From an uncultured Desulfarculus sp. (GTDB lineage: Bacteria; Desulfobacterota; Desulfarculia; Desulfarculales; Desulfarculaceae), in assembly GCA_963665125.2 (NCBI GenBank), contig CAXXUK010000001.1:1824001-1888000 (forward strand): a stretch of DNA of 64,000 bases. The letters are read 5' to 3'. Both the position numbers and the translations under genes were made by a program. The notes under the pieces are model-generated. The model was not told where the DNA came from. It saw nothing but the letters and a program-made list of their open reading frames with translations, and ran no database searches. Shown piece by piece: positions 8,903 through 18,233 of this stretch (positions are counted from its first letter, which is position 1; the number at the start of each line of letters is the position of its first letter).

Positions 8903-9658
8903 ATGAATGCCACAGTTGAAACCACTCAACCCAACGAAATGCTTTCCGTACGCGATGACAAAAGCGGCAAAGTTATGCGGTTTGTATTCCATCCGGCGGC
9001 TGAGCCATCCCAAGCGCCCCTGATGGTTGATTTCCATGGCTGGGGCGGCGCACCCTACAATTTTTCCCACCCCCAATGGAATATCTTGGAGCCATGGGAC
9101 AATTTCGGTTTCGCCAGGCAAGGCACATGGTGGCTGGGTGAAGATCAGAACTTTTTCATGTTGGATCTACTGGATGGCGCGCTGAGCTTTGTAACCAACG
9201 AATATAGATTAAATTCGGATATTTATACCTGGGGAAGCAGCATGGGAGGTTTTGGCGCCTTGTTACACGGCATGCGCTGGGGAGCCAAAGCCGTCTGCGC
9301 CAACGTGCCCCAGGTCAACGTCCTGGCCCCTACTTGGTATGGTGAAAACAAGCGCAAGGTTGACATGGTGTTCGGACCGGACCTTAATTCACGCTACGCG
9401 GACGTAACCAACTTCATCAATTTTTTCAAACCTGAAGATAATCCGCTGTTCTTTATCATCCAATCCCGGCACGATATGCACCCCAACTACACTAAGGAGC
9501 AGTGCTTCTACCTGATCGACAAATTCAACCAGGCAGGCTGCAACTATTTCCTGCAAATTTTGCCGGTCAAGGGTCATGAAATGTACACCCCGCCGAGTAG
9601 TGCCATTCGACTTTTCGCCCAGTACAGCGAAAGCATCGAAACGATAGTTTCGGCCTAG
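8903..9658 (+). CDS. Alpha/beta-hydrolase-fold protein (putative esterase/acyltransferase)
   Basis: FHGWG oxyanion-like motif, GSSMGG nucleophile elbow, C-terminal KGH; start 8897 or 8903 after GGAG. Confidence 0.7.
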   Translation: MNATVETTQPNEMLSVRDDKSGKVMRFVFHPAAEPSQAPLMVDFHGWGGAPYNFSHPQWNILEPWDNFGFARQGTWWLGEDQNFFMLDLLDGALSFVTNEYRLNSDIYTWGSSMGGFGALLHGMRWGAKAVCANVPQVNVLAPTWYGENKRKVDMVFGPDLNSRYADVTNFINFFKPEDNPLFFIIQSRHDMHPNYTKEQCFYLIDKFNQAGCNYFLQILPVKGHEMYTPPSSAIRLFAQYSESIETIVSA

Positions 9659-9668
9659 GAGGGAACCA

Positions 9669-11321
9669 ATGATCGCCTTAGGACTTGGTGGCTTTTTCCA
9701 CGATTTCAACGCCGCGGCCGTAAACACGCGCACGGGCGAGGTGGCCCTAGCCGAGGAAGAACGCTTTTCACGGAAAAAGCATCACCCCCTGCACCGCAAG
9801 GACATCACCAGCACTTTTTGCGTGGAATATGTTTTAAGCCGCCTGGGTGCATCAGCTGACGACGTCGAGTTGGTGGCGTTTTCGGACGCCAAACCAGGCA
9901 AGGCGGCACCGTATCTGAAAAGCCTGTTTCCCCAGGCCAGGCATGTGCATGTCGAGCATCATCTTTGCCATGCAGCGGCAGCCTATTACGGCTCGGGTAG
10001 GAACGAAGCCGCCATTCTGTCCATGGACGGATTCGGTGACGACGCCAGCGGCCTGTTGGCCGTGGGCTCAAATGGCCGGATCACTCCGCTGCGCTACATC
10101 TCCATCCCCAATTCCATCGGCATGGAGTTTTTAAGGGTCACCTACCAGATCGGCCTGGGTTCCCACGGATCGGAAGGCAAGACCCAGGGTCTGGCCGCCT
10201 ATGCCCAACCCGCCTATCTCAACGACTACCTGGACAACGTCACCCTGCTCGACAACGGCACCTTCGAGTTCACCGACTATGTCCGGGGCCTCCAGGAATG
10301 GATCCAGGGCGGCCATTACATGGAGACCAAACACCTATTCAACGACTTCCTGCTCGACCGCATCACCCGGCGCATTCCTCCGGAAGAGCTGGAAGATCAG
10401 CACATGGCCATGGCCTGTTCGGTACAGGAGTTGCTCAACATCGTGGCCCTGCACGCGGCCAAATGCCTACGCAGCCAAACCAACGCCCCAGCCCTGGTAA
10501 CCACCGGCGGCGTGGCCCTGAACTCGACAATGAACGGCCATTTGCTTCTCAACAGCGGCTTTGCTGACGTCTACGCGCATCCCAGCGCCTCGGACCGGGG
10601 CAATGCCTTGGGCGCGGTGTTGTATCACCTGGCCAACGATCTGGGTATCGACATCGGCTTCAAGCTTAATGACGCATATTTCGGCCAACAGTTCGGCGAC
10701 AAGGAAGTCAACGCAGCCCTGCAGCGCAACAGCCTGCGCTTCGACAAGGTAGCCGATCCCCACCGCATCGCCGCCCAGATGGCCGCCGACGGAAAAATCG
10801 TGGGCTGGTTCCAGGGACGCTCGGAGATCGGAGCCAGGGCCCTGGGCAACCGTTCCATAATTGCCGACCCCAGACGGGCCGAAAACAAAGACATCGTCAA
10901 CGCCAAGGTCAAGCATCGCGAATGGTTCCGGCCCTTCGCCCCCAGCGCCATGTCCGAATACGCCGCGGAGTACTTCGCCTGCGACAGAGATTTGCCGTTC
11001 ATGACCTTCACCGTGGACGTCATGCCGGACAAGCGGGAAATCATACCGGCCATCACCCATGTGGACGGCACGGCCCGCATCCAGACCGTCAACCGCGAAA
11101 CCAATCCGCTTTATCACGCCCTGATCGACGAGTTCCGCAAGATCACCGGCGTGCCGGTGGTGATGAACACCAGTTTCAACGACAACGGAGAACCCATCGT
11201 GGAGACGCCCGAGGACGCCGTGCGAACCTTGCTCGGCACGGGCCTGGACGCGCTGATCATCGGAGATTGCGTGGTGGACAAGGCCGAACAGGCCAAGCAG
11301 ACCATAACCCAGGCCGCTTAG
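9669..11321 (+). CDS. Carbamoyltransferase, CmcH/NodU/TobZ family
   Basis: EEERFSRKKH, EHHLCHA, GGVALNS, GARALGNRS, KHREWFRPFAPS, HVDGTARIQTV, NTSFN motifs. Confidence 0.93.
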   Translation: MIALGLGGFFHDFNAAAVNTRTGEVALAEEERFSRKKHHPLHRKDITSTFCVEYVLSRLGASADDVELVAFSDAKPGKAAPYLKSLFPQARHVHVEHHLCHAAAAYYGSGRNEAAILSMDGFGDDASGLLAVGSNGRITPLRYISIPNSIGMEFLRVTYQIGLGSHGSEGKTQGLAAYAQPAYLNDYLDNVTLLDNGTFEFTDYVRGLQEWIQGGHYMETKHLFNDFLLDRITRRIPPEELEDQHMAMACSVQELLNIVALHAAKCLRSQTNAPALVTTGGVALNSTMNGHLLLNSGFADVYAHPSASDRGNALGAVLYHLANDLGIDIGFKLNDAYFGQQFGDKEVNAALQRNSLRFDKVADPHRIAAQMAADGKIVGWFQGRSEIGARALGNRSIIADPRRAENKDIVNAKVKHREWFRPFAPSAMSEYAAEYFACDRDLPFMTFTVDVMPDKREIIPAITHVDGTARIQTVNRETNPLYHALIDEFRKITGVPVVMNTSFNDNGEPIVETPEDAVRTLLGTGLDALIIGDCVVDKAEQAKQTITQAA

Positions 11322-11344
11322 GCGGCAATCACGGCAGCCAATAT

Positions 11345-11379
11345 GCCGGGCGCGTCTACGGGCGCACCCGGCTTTTTTT
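11345..11379 (+). terminator. Intrinsic terminator
   Basis: GCCGGG...CCCGGC hairpin followed by T7. Confidence 0.75.
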
Positions 11380-11458
11380 CGGCGCCCGAACCGCCGCATT
11401 TTGACTGAGCCGCGTCTCTGGGCATACAATGCAATAACCACCTGAACGGGAAGAAGCG

Positions 11459-12649
11459 ATGGATCAGATACCATACGGGCGGCACGCCATTTACCAAGAC
11501 GACATCGAGGCCGTGGAGGAAGTGCTCGGCACCGGGTTCATCACCCAGGGGCCCATGGTCGGGCAATTTGAGCAGGCCCTGGCCCAAGTCTGCGGGGCGG
11601 ACCATGCAGTGGCCGTGTCCAGCGGCACCGCCGCGTTGCACATCGCCGCCCTGGCCGCCGGGTTGGGCCCCGGATCGGCGGGTGTAACCACGCCCATCTC
11701 CTTTTTGGCCTCGGCCAACTGCCTGATCTACACCGGGGCCAAGCCCCTGTTCGCCGATATCGACCCGTCAACCACCTGCCTGAACCCGGCCGAGGTGGAC
11801 CGGCTCTGCAACGAAGCCGCCGCCGCGGGCAATCCGGTAAAAATGATCGTTGCGGTGGATTTCGCCGGGGTGGTGGCCGACCTGCCGGCCTTGGCCGCCA
11901 TCGCCCGGCGCCACGGCGCGGTGCTGGTGGAAGACGCGGCCCATTCCCTGGGCGCGGAGTATGCCTTCGGCGACGACAGGTTCAAGGCCGGGTGCTGCGC
12001 CCACAGCGACATGGCCATCACCAGCTTTCACCCGGTCAAGCACATCACCACGGGCGAAGGCGGCGCGGTGCTGACCAACAATGCCGAACTAGCCCGCAAG
12101 CTGCGCATCCTCCGGGAGCACGGCATCGAACGGGGTACAGACCCGGAAGAGCCCTGGCGCTATGAAATGGTCGAATTGGGCTACAATTACCGTCTGACAG
12201 ACTTCCAGTGCGCACTGGGTCTGTCCCAGCTTGGCAAGCTACCGGATTTCTTAAGCAAAAGACGTATACTGGCCGACCGTTACGACCGGCTCCTGGCCCC
12301 AATGGCCCACGAGCTGATTCTGCCGCCCCGGCCGGCGGGCCAGCATCCGGCCTGGCACATCTACGTGATCCGCCTGCGCCCCAGGCCAGGCGAGGACATT
12401 CAGGCTTTGGCCGCCAGACGGGCCAGGGTCTTCCGGGAACTGCGCCTGGCGGGCGTATTGGTGCAGGTCCACTACATCCCCATATCGTCTCAGCCGTATT
12501 ACCGCCGGCAATACAGCCCCGACGAGGCCGGGCTGGTCAATGCCTACGCCTATTACGCCGCCTGCATCACCCTGCCGCTCTTCCCGGCGCTGGAGGAAAA
12601 GGCTCAGGACTACGTGGCGGCCCGCCTCAAGGACTCCCTGGCCGTCTAG
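11459..12649 (+). CDS. pseC: PLP-dependent DegT/DnrJ aminotransferase, PseC type
   Basis: IPYGRH, FITQGP, SSGTAALH, EDAAHSLG, SFHPVKHITTGEGG, LGYNYRLTDFQCALG, VQVHYIP. Confidence 0.88.
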   Translation: MDQIPYGRHAIYQDDIEAVEEVLGTGFITQGPMVGQFEQALAQVCGADHAVAVSSGTAALHIAALAAGLGPGSAGVTTPISFLASANCLIYTGAKPLFADIDPSTTCLNPAEVDRLCNEAAAAGNPVKMIVAVDFAGVVADLPALAAIARRHGAVLVEDAAHSLGAEYAFGDDRFKAGCCAHSDMAITSFHPVKHITTGEGGAVLTNNAELARKLRILREHGIERGTDPEEPWRYEMVELGYNYRLTDFQCALGLSQLGKLPDFLSKRRILADRYDRLLAPMAHELILPPRPAGQHPAWHIYVIRLRPRPGEDIQALAARRARVFRELRLAGVLVQVHYIPISSQPYYRRQYSPDEAGLVNAYAYYAACITLPLFPALEEKAQDYVAARLKDSLAV

Positions 12650-12681
12650 GGGGCCGGCGGGGGCATGGGCGCCCCCTGCCG

Positions 12682-13896
12682 TTAGTCCTTGCCGTAACAG
12701 AGCATGGCGTGAATATTGGTGATCTCGGGCATGGCGAAAAACCGCGTGACCTTGCGGTCGGGGTCGATGAGATAGACTCCGGCGTTGAGGGGGATATTAT
12801 CGGCGATACCGGCCAGGCGGTGGAAGTGCCGGTGCAGGCTCTGAGCCACGTAATAGTATTTGCCGTCGAAATCCAGGCCCCGGGCCCAGCCCGGTATCTT
12901 GGCCAGGGGCGCGGCGCTGGTGTTGTAGACAATGCCGCGCATGGAATCGAGATAGCACAGGCGCTTGTCGATTATCATCACGCTGTGGGGGCACCACAGG
13001 TCCCTGACCACCTGGCCGTAGCACTGGCCGGTCTCGATGTTGTACTCCAATATGCCGCCGTCATAGGCGCCCTTGAGCCAGTTGCCTGTAAAGGAGAACA
13101 TCGATACGAACAGGCTGTCGCCGTCCACCCAGACGTCATTGAGATGGTGCTGGGCCTCGCCTTGGACCTGGTATTTGTCGGAGATGCTGATGCGGTTGAC
13201 CAGCTTGCCAGTGTCCAACTCGTAGAAGCCCACCGCGTCGATGCCGCACTCGCCGACCACGGCCAGACCGCGTTTGAAGTCCCAGCCCACCCCGTGTGGC
13301 CGGATCTTCTTGGGCAGTTCCATGATTCCGGCCTGGCTGAGATCCTTGTTGAGGATGCGCATGCCCGGGGCCGCGTCGTCGATTACCAGAAAACCGTCGT
13401 TGAAGCGGGCCAAGCCGTGGCTGCGGCCGGACAAGACCTTCTCCAGCCGGTAATCGGCGGTGTGATACAGGTATAATCCGCCGCCGAAATTGTCGGACTC
13501 GGGCTGGTAGCACGAGCACAGCAAGGTGGTTGTCACGGCATCCACCTCGTCGATGACGGCGAAGTTGCTCAGGGCCGGGCAGACCACGAAATCGCGGACC
13601 GGCTCATAGCCCAGGCCCTGTAGCTGGTTGATGACGTCGCGAAAGCCCGTGGTGCTGATGACGATGAGGTATAGCGAAAAGTCGTCTATCTCCTTGAGCT
13701 TGTCAGGGCCGTACACGCCCATGCCCTGCTGCTCGGTGCCTTGGACGAAGACGTTGTTGTCCACGATAAAGGCCGTGTCCAGGGCCGCCCGTTCCAGGGT
13801 CTTGTCTATGTATTCGCCAATGCCCCAGAAAATCACCTTGCGGCCCTTGGCCATTTCATTGAGCTTTTGTCTGGTCACCCACACATCGCTTGCCAT
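12682..13896 (-). CDS. Rossmann-like N-domain fused to beta-propeller (DUF4915-like)
   Basis: VIFWGIG N-terminus; HLNDV, LWCPHS, GWARGLDF repeats typical of DUF4915-like propellers. Confidence 0.6.
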   Translation of the reverse strand: MASDVWVTRQKLNEMAKGRKVIFWGIGEYIDKTLERAALDTAFIVDNNVFVQGTEQQGMGVYGPDKLKEIDDFSLYLIVISTTGFRDVINQLQGLGYEPVRDFVVCPALSNFAVIDEVDAVTTTLLCSCYQPESDNFGGGLYLYHTADYRLEKVLSGRSHGLARFNDGFLVIDDAAPGMRILNKDLSQAGIMELPKKIRPHGVGWDFKRGLAVVGECGIDAVGFYELDTGKLVNRISISDKYQVQGEAQHHLNDVWVDGDSLFVSMFSFTGNWLKGAYDGGILEYNIETGQCYGQVVRDLWCPHSVMIIDKRLCYLDSMRGIVYNTSAAPLAKIPGWARGLDFDGKYYYVAQSLHRHFHRLAGIADNIPLNAGVYLIDPDRKVTRFFAMPEITNIHAMLCYGKD

Positions 13897-13921
13897 CGGT
13901 CGTCTCCCGCAGAGCGTTTAG

Positions 13922-15187
13922 CTACAGAATAATGTATTTCTCTTGGCCCACCAGGGGCTGACAGTGGAGGCTGGCCCGTTCCTCGGTGTTCTGGATGCGT
14001 CTGACGCCGTCGCCCAGGGGCATACGCACCTCGTCCACCCCCTCATCCTGGCGGTGGTTGGCGATGCTGTCCCTGACCACCCACTGGCCCGAGCCGTCCT
14101 TTTGCCAGATGGAGGGGTCTCGCATGGGTTCGACCATGGCCAACAGTTCTTCTTCCGTCATGCCCACGGCCTCCAGGAAGATGTCCATGTCCGACGGCCG
14201 CACGTGATCGTGTTTGGCCACCAAATCGATGCCCTCCTCCCTGGTCATGCGGCCGTAGCGAATCTCGGTGGAGGCGTCGTCAGTGGCCCGCCCGTAGCCG
14301 AACTTGAGATATTTCAGATAGTCGTGCAGGCCGTTGGCATGAACGTCGTCGAGCTTGGAATAGGTGTTGAAGGTGCGCTCACGTTCCTGGGCCGTTTCAA
14401 AGTTGAGTTTGTCTATGACGAACTGAGCCTGTTCGTGGGCGTCCCAGCGGATGAAGTTGGACAGATAGATGCCCCGCACTCCCACCCGCTCCAGGTCTTC
14501 CTCGGAGGGATACACAAATGGCTCCAGGTCATAGGGCGTCAGGGGGCAGTCGGGCTCGTTCAACAGGTCCTCGGGCTCAAAGCCCCGCATGCAGTGTTCC
14601 TGGCGCAGCTTTTTGGTGAACTCCACCAAGTCGTCCTGGTTGTGCATGCCCACCAGATCGCTGTAGCCCTCTTCGCCCCAGATCACCAGGGGCGTGTCGT
14701 ACATCACCGCGGCCTTCATGGGGAAGGTGTAGATCCCGGCGTGATAGTGCCAGGTGACGTCGCCGACCTTTTGCAGCATGTACCGGGCTATGCGCTTGGC
14801 CGAGCCCGGGGCCTGGGTGAAGCGCACCAGGTGCACGTCCATCCGCTCCAACAGGTTGGCCAGATTGCGCAGACCCAACGATGTGTTGAATGTGTGGTTG
14901 TAGGTCACAACCAGGGGATTGAGGCCGTATTTGTATTTGACCAGCCAGGTCTGATAGGTGCTGTCCTTGCCGCCGCCAACCGGGATGATGCAGTCGTAGG
15001 GATTGCCCTTTTCCCGTTGGCGCCGCCTGTATTCGTCCAATATCTCCAGCAGAAGCTTTTCATTGTCCACGAAACTGCGGCTCAAGCGGTCTTCGATGTT
15101 GCGGCAGCCGGAACAGACGCCTTGTTCGTCAAAGATGATACCCGGTCTGGCGTTGGCTGGGTACATGCATCGCTTGCAATATTCCAT
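13922..15187 (-). CDS. N-acetyl sugar amidotransferase, WbuX/PseA family (copy 1)
   Basis: CKRC, CSGC, YDCIIPVGGGKDS PP-loop, VIWGE, YLKYLKFGYGRATD, IRYGRMTREE. Confidence 0.9.
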   Translation of the reverse strand: MEYCKRCMYPANARPGIIFDEQGVCSGCRNIEDRLSRSFVDNEKLLLEILDEYRRRQREKGNPYDCIIPVGGGKDSTYQTWLVKYKYGLNPLVVTYNHTFNTSLGLRNLANLLERMDVHLVRFTQAPGSAKRIARYMLQKVGDVTWHYHAGIYTFPMKAAVMYDTPLVIWGEEGYSDLVGMHNQDDLVEFTKKLRQEHCMRGFEPEDLLNEPDCPLTPYDLEPFVYPSEEDLERVGVRGIYLSNFIRWDAHEQAQFVIDKLNFETAQERERTFNTYSKLDDVHANGLHDYLKYLKFGYGRATDDASTEIRYGRMTREEGIDLVAKHDHVRPSDMDIFLEAVGMTEEELLAMVEPMRDPSIWQKDGSGQWVVRDSIANHRQDEGVDEVRMPLGDGVRRIQNTEERASLHCQPLVGQEKYIIL

Positions 15188-15219
15188 TTACAAATCTCCA
15201 TCCTTGGTAGCCGGGGGGG

Positions 15220-16053
15220 CTATTGCCTGCCGTCATGCATATAACGTTCGTATTTGGGCATTCTGGGCCGGTTGATGTAATAAAAAGTGCTGTAGCGCAC
15301 GGGAACGCCGGCCTCGGCCATGAATTCCTTGGCCTTTTTTGTGCTGTGCTCGGAATAGTGGAAAATATTACCCGCGGCCACGGCCTCGGCCTTGCCGATG
15401 TTGATGCCGTCGACCAGGTCCTGCCATTTGCCCACGCCGCCGAAGGCGATGACAGGCACGCTCACGCCCCCGGCCATGAGCCGGGTAAGCTCCAGGTCAT
15501 AGCCGCGCTTGTCGCCATCGTGATCGACGTTGTTGATCATTAGCTCGCCGGCGCCCAGGCCCACGGCCTGCCCGGCCCACTCCAGGGCGTCCCTGCCGGT
15601 GGCGCGACGGCCGTTGTCGATGATCACCTCATAGCCGCTGGGCAGATCCGGGTTGGCTTTACAATCAATGGACACCACCAGGCACTGGCTGCCGTAGCTG
15701 TCGGCGATCCGGCTCAGCAACTCCGGGTTTTCAAATCCGGCGGTGTTGACCACGACCTTGTCCGCCCCGGCCCTGGTATAGGCCTTTACCACATCCAGGG
15801 AGTCGACCTTGCCGCCCACGCTCAGCGGAACGAAGCAGCGTTTGGACAGGTTTTCGAGGATGTCCAGAAAACGGGCCCGGAAACAATCATCGTTGGAGAT
15901 GTCCAGGGCGATGATTTCGTCGACGGTCCAGCCGTTGAAAAAGTCGACGGCCACCACGGCGCTGCCCACCATGTTGGTGCGTTTGAATTTGCGCGTCTGG
16001 ATGACGTTGCCGTTATAGACCAAAAGTGATGCTATGAGTCTTTTCTTTGTCAT
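15220..16053 (-). CDS. HisF-like cyclase subunit (WbuZ type), copy 1
   Basis: RLIASL, VDEIIALDIS, FVPLSVGG, GADKVVVNT, DGDKRGYD, AAGNIFHY. Confidence 0.88.
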   Translation of the reverse strand: MTKKRLIASLLVYNGNVIQTRKFKRTNMVGSAVVAVDFFNGWTVDEIIALDISNDDCFRARFLDILENLSKRCFVPLSVGGKVDSLDVVKAYTRAGADKVVVNTAGFENPELLSRIADSYGSQCLVVSIDCKANPDLPSGYEVIIDNGRRATGRDALEWAGQAVGLGAGELMINNVDHDGDKRGYDLELTRLMAGGVSVPVIAFGGVGKWQDLVDGINIGKAEAVAAGNIFHYSEHSTKKAKEFMAEAGVPVRYSTFYYINRPRMPKYERYMHDGRQ

Positions 16054-16673
16054 ATGCGCTCTAAAAAGGTCTCGAGGATTTTCATGCCGGCAAGCTGCGA
16101 CTTTTCCGGATGAAACTGGGTGGCGAAGATATTTTCACGCTCCACCGCCGCGGAAAAATCAAAGCCGTAGTCGCAGGTGGCCGTGGTTATTTCCCTGGTG
16201 GCGTCGTCAAAAGGCAGATAATAACTGTGCACGAAATAAAAGGTCATGGGCGGGCTCAACTCGGCAAGAAGCCGCCCCTGGGCAGATATTTCCACGTCGC
16301 TCCAGCCCATGTGGGGCACCTTGAGCGAGCCGTTGTCCTTGGGGAAAAGGCGAAAACGGCCGGGCAGCCAGCCAAGGCCAGGCTCTTCGCCTTCGTCGCT
16401 GCCTTCAAAGATCAGTTGCAAACCCAAACAAATGCCCAAAAACGGCTTTTTCCTGACCAGCACCTGCTCAGCCAGCGCCTCGATATGACCATGTTTGGCC
16501 AGGCCCCGCATGCCCGCATCAAAATGCCCCACCCCCGGCAAAATGATCTTGTCGGCGTCGGCCAACATATCGCCCCGGTCGGCGACAATCAGCTCCACCG
16601 GAAAACCGTCGATGGCATTGACCACGGATTTGATGTTGGCCAGGCCGTAATCGACAATGGCGACCTTGATCAT
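16050..16673 (-). CDS. HisH-like glutamine amidotransferase (WbuY type), copy 1
   Basis: IVDYGLANIKSV, ILPGVG, LGICLG, YFVHSY, QFHPEKS. Confidence 0.92.
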   Translation of the reverse strand: MIKVAIVDYGLANIKSVVNAIDGFPVELIVADRGDMLADADKIILPGVGHFDAGMRGLAKHGHIEALAEQVLVRKKPFLGICLGLQLIFEGSDEGEEPGLGWLPGRFRLFPKDNGSLKVPHMGWSDVEISAQGRLLAELSPPMTFYFVHSYYLPFDDATREITTATCDYGFDFSAAVERENIFATQFHPEKSQLAGMKILETFLERI

Positions 16674-16747
16674 CTGGGATTTGCCTCCTGTCGTCTTGCA
16701 CCATTCCGACAAAACAGAATACGGCAATACGGTTTTGTTGTAAGATA

Positions 16748-16763
16748 AGCAAAAAACATGCCC
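16748..16763 (-). promoter_or_regulatory. Candidate sigma54 promoter of hisH-hisF-wbuX operon 1
   Basis: Minus strand GGGCATGTTTTTTGCT = GG-N10-GC. Confidence 0.65.
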
Positions 16764-16809
16764 ATTACAACAAGTTAACGTTTTCGGGACCTGAGATCAG
16801 GATTTGAGC

Positions 16810-17493
16810 ATGCAATCGACCGCCAACCGGCCTCCCCGCGGGCTGTTTCTGGACCTGGACGGCACCCTGGCCGACAGTTTGCCGGCTTTGCGTATCGCTT
16901 ATGACGCTTTTCTACAAGGCTTCGGCAAAAGCGGCAATGATGCCGAGTTCACGCGGCTCAACGGGCCCAAATTGATCGAAATCGTCACAGAGCTGATAAA
17001 AAGCCACTCACTACCCGGCGCGCCCGAGGAGCTTGTCGCCCGCTACCTGGACCTGCTGGTCGGTGTCTACGCCCGGGCGGCTGTGCCGCGCCGGGGTGCC
17101 GCCGCACTGCTGGAGTTTGCCCGTCGCAACGAGGCAAAGGTGGCTCTGGTCACCTCGGCTCCCAGGGCCATGGCCGTTGAATTTCTGACAATTCACGCGC
17201 TGGACCATTTTTTTGACGCCCTGGTCTGCGCCGAGGACGCACAACGGGGCAAGCCGCACCCTGGTGCCTATAAAACAGCTCTGGCGGTTTGCGGCATCGC
17301 CGCCGACCGGGCCACGGCCATGGAGGATTCTCCCAACGGTGTGCAAGCGGCCGTGGGCGCGGGCATCACCACTCTGGGCATCGCTGGGGCCCAACGCCGG
17401 CAGGTCTTGCTGGCGGCTGGTGCGGCGGCTGTGTTTGACGATTTCGACCAGGCCCGCGTCCATATCGGGCGGATATGGGGCCTGAGCGACTGA
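16810..17493 (+). CDS. HAD-superfamily phosphatase (IA type)
   Basis: DLDGTLADS, LVTSA, GKPHP, MEDSPNG. Confidence 0.9.
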   Translation: MQSTANRPPRGLFLDLDGTLADSLPALRIAYDAFLQGFGKSGNDAEFTRLNGPKLIEIVTELIKSHSLPGAPEELVARYLDLLVGVYARAAVPRRGAAALLEFARRNEAKVALVTSAPRAMAVEFLTIHALDHFFDALVCAEDAQRGKPHPGAYKTALAVCGIAADRATAMEDSPNGVQAAVGAGITTLGIAGAQRRQVLLAAGAAAVFDDFDQARVHIGRIWGLSD

Positions 17494-17496
17494 GGA

Positions 17497-18189
17497 TCAG
17501 CCCCTGCGCTTCATCTTTTCCCAGATCGCTTCCATGACATAAAAATCTTCGCTGGTGTCAACGTCCAGCGATCGGCTGCGGGGCATGGGATAGACCACCG
17601 CGTTGGGGCCCAGCAGCTCCCGCCCGGCCAGAAAGGCCTTGACCCGGCACCAGCTTATGGCCCCGTTGTGCACCACCAACTGGGGCACGTCCTGGCCCTT
17701 GCTGCAGGCAATGTCCGGCCAGTGATAGCTTGGCCCGCCCTGGGCGTCGACGGTCATGGCGGCATGGGGATAAAAAAAGTAATCGGTGATGGAGGTCACA
17801 AAATCACGGCCCCGGCGCAGCAGGTCGTGGCAGGCCCGTATATCCTCGGCGGTGCGCAGGGCAGAGGTCGCCGTGAGCACGGCGAACGACTCCACCTCAC
17901 CTGCCGCGTCATCAAAACATTGTTCCAACACGGCCAGGCATACATCGCGTACCCTGGCCTGGTCAGAGGCCAGCTCGGTATCGCGGCGATGCAGCGTCGC
18001 ACCGAATTCCTGGGCCACGGCTGCGATTTCATCGTCCTCGGTGGACACAAAGATATGGTCGAACACCCCGCTCCGCCTGGCCTGCTCAATGGTGTGGCCC
18101 AGTAGAGGTTTGCCGTCCAAAGGCATGATATTTTTACGCGGCAGGCGCTTCGAGCCTCCCCGCGCCGGGATTATGGCTATGGTTTTCAT
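17497..18189 (-). CDS. Acylneuraminate cytidylyltransferase family (NeuA-like)
   Basis: AIIPARGGSKRLPRKN, VSTED, RSLDVDTSEDF. Confidence 0.92.
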   Translation of the reverse strand: MKTIAIIPARGGSKRLPRKNIMPLDGKPLLGHTIEQARRSGVFDHIFVSTEDDEIAAVAQEFGATLHRRDTELASDQARVRDVCLAVLEQCFDDAAGEVESFAVLTATSALRTAEDIRACHDLLRRGRDFVTSITDYFFYPHAAMTVDAQGGPSYHWPDIACSKGQDVPQLVVHNGAISWCRVKAFLAGRELLGPNAVVYPMPRSRSLDVDTSEDFYVMEAIWEKMKRRG

Positions 18190-18233
18190 GGTGTAGATCC
18201 GTCCTAAACCTTTTCGCTGGCGCCGGTTGTCCG

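Noticed and set aside
11419..11433. Sigma54-like TGGGCATACAATGCA upstream of pseC
   Set aside because: GG-to-GC spacing is 9 rather than the required 10
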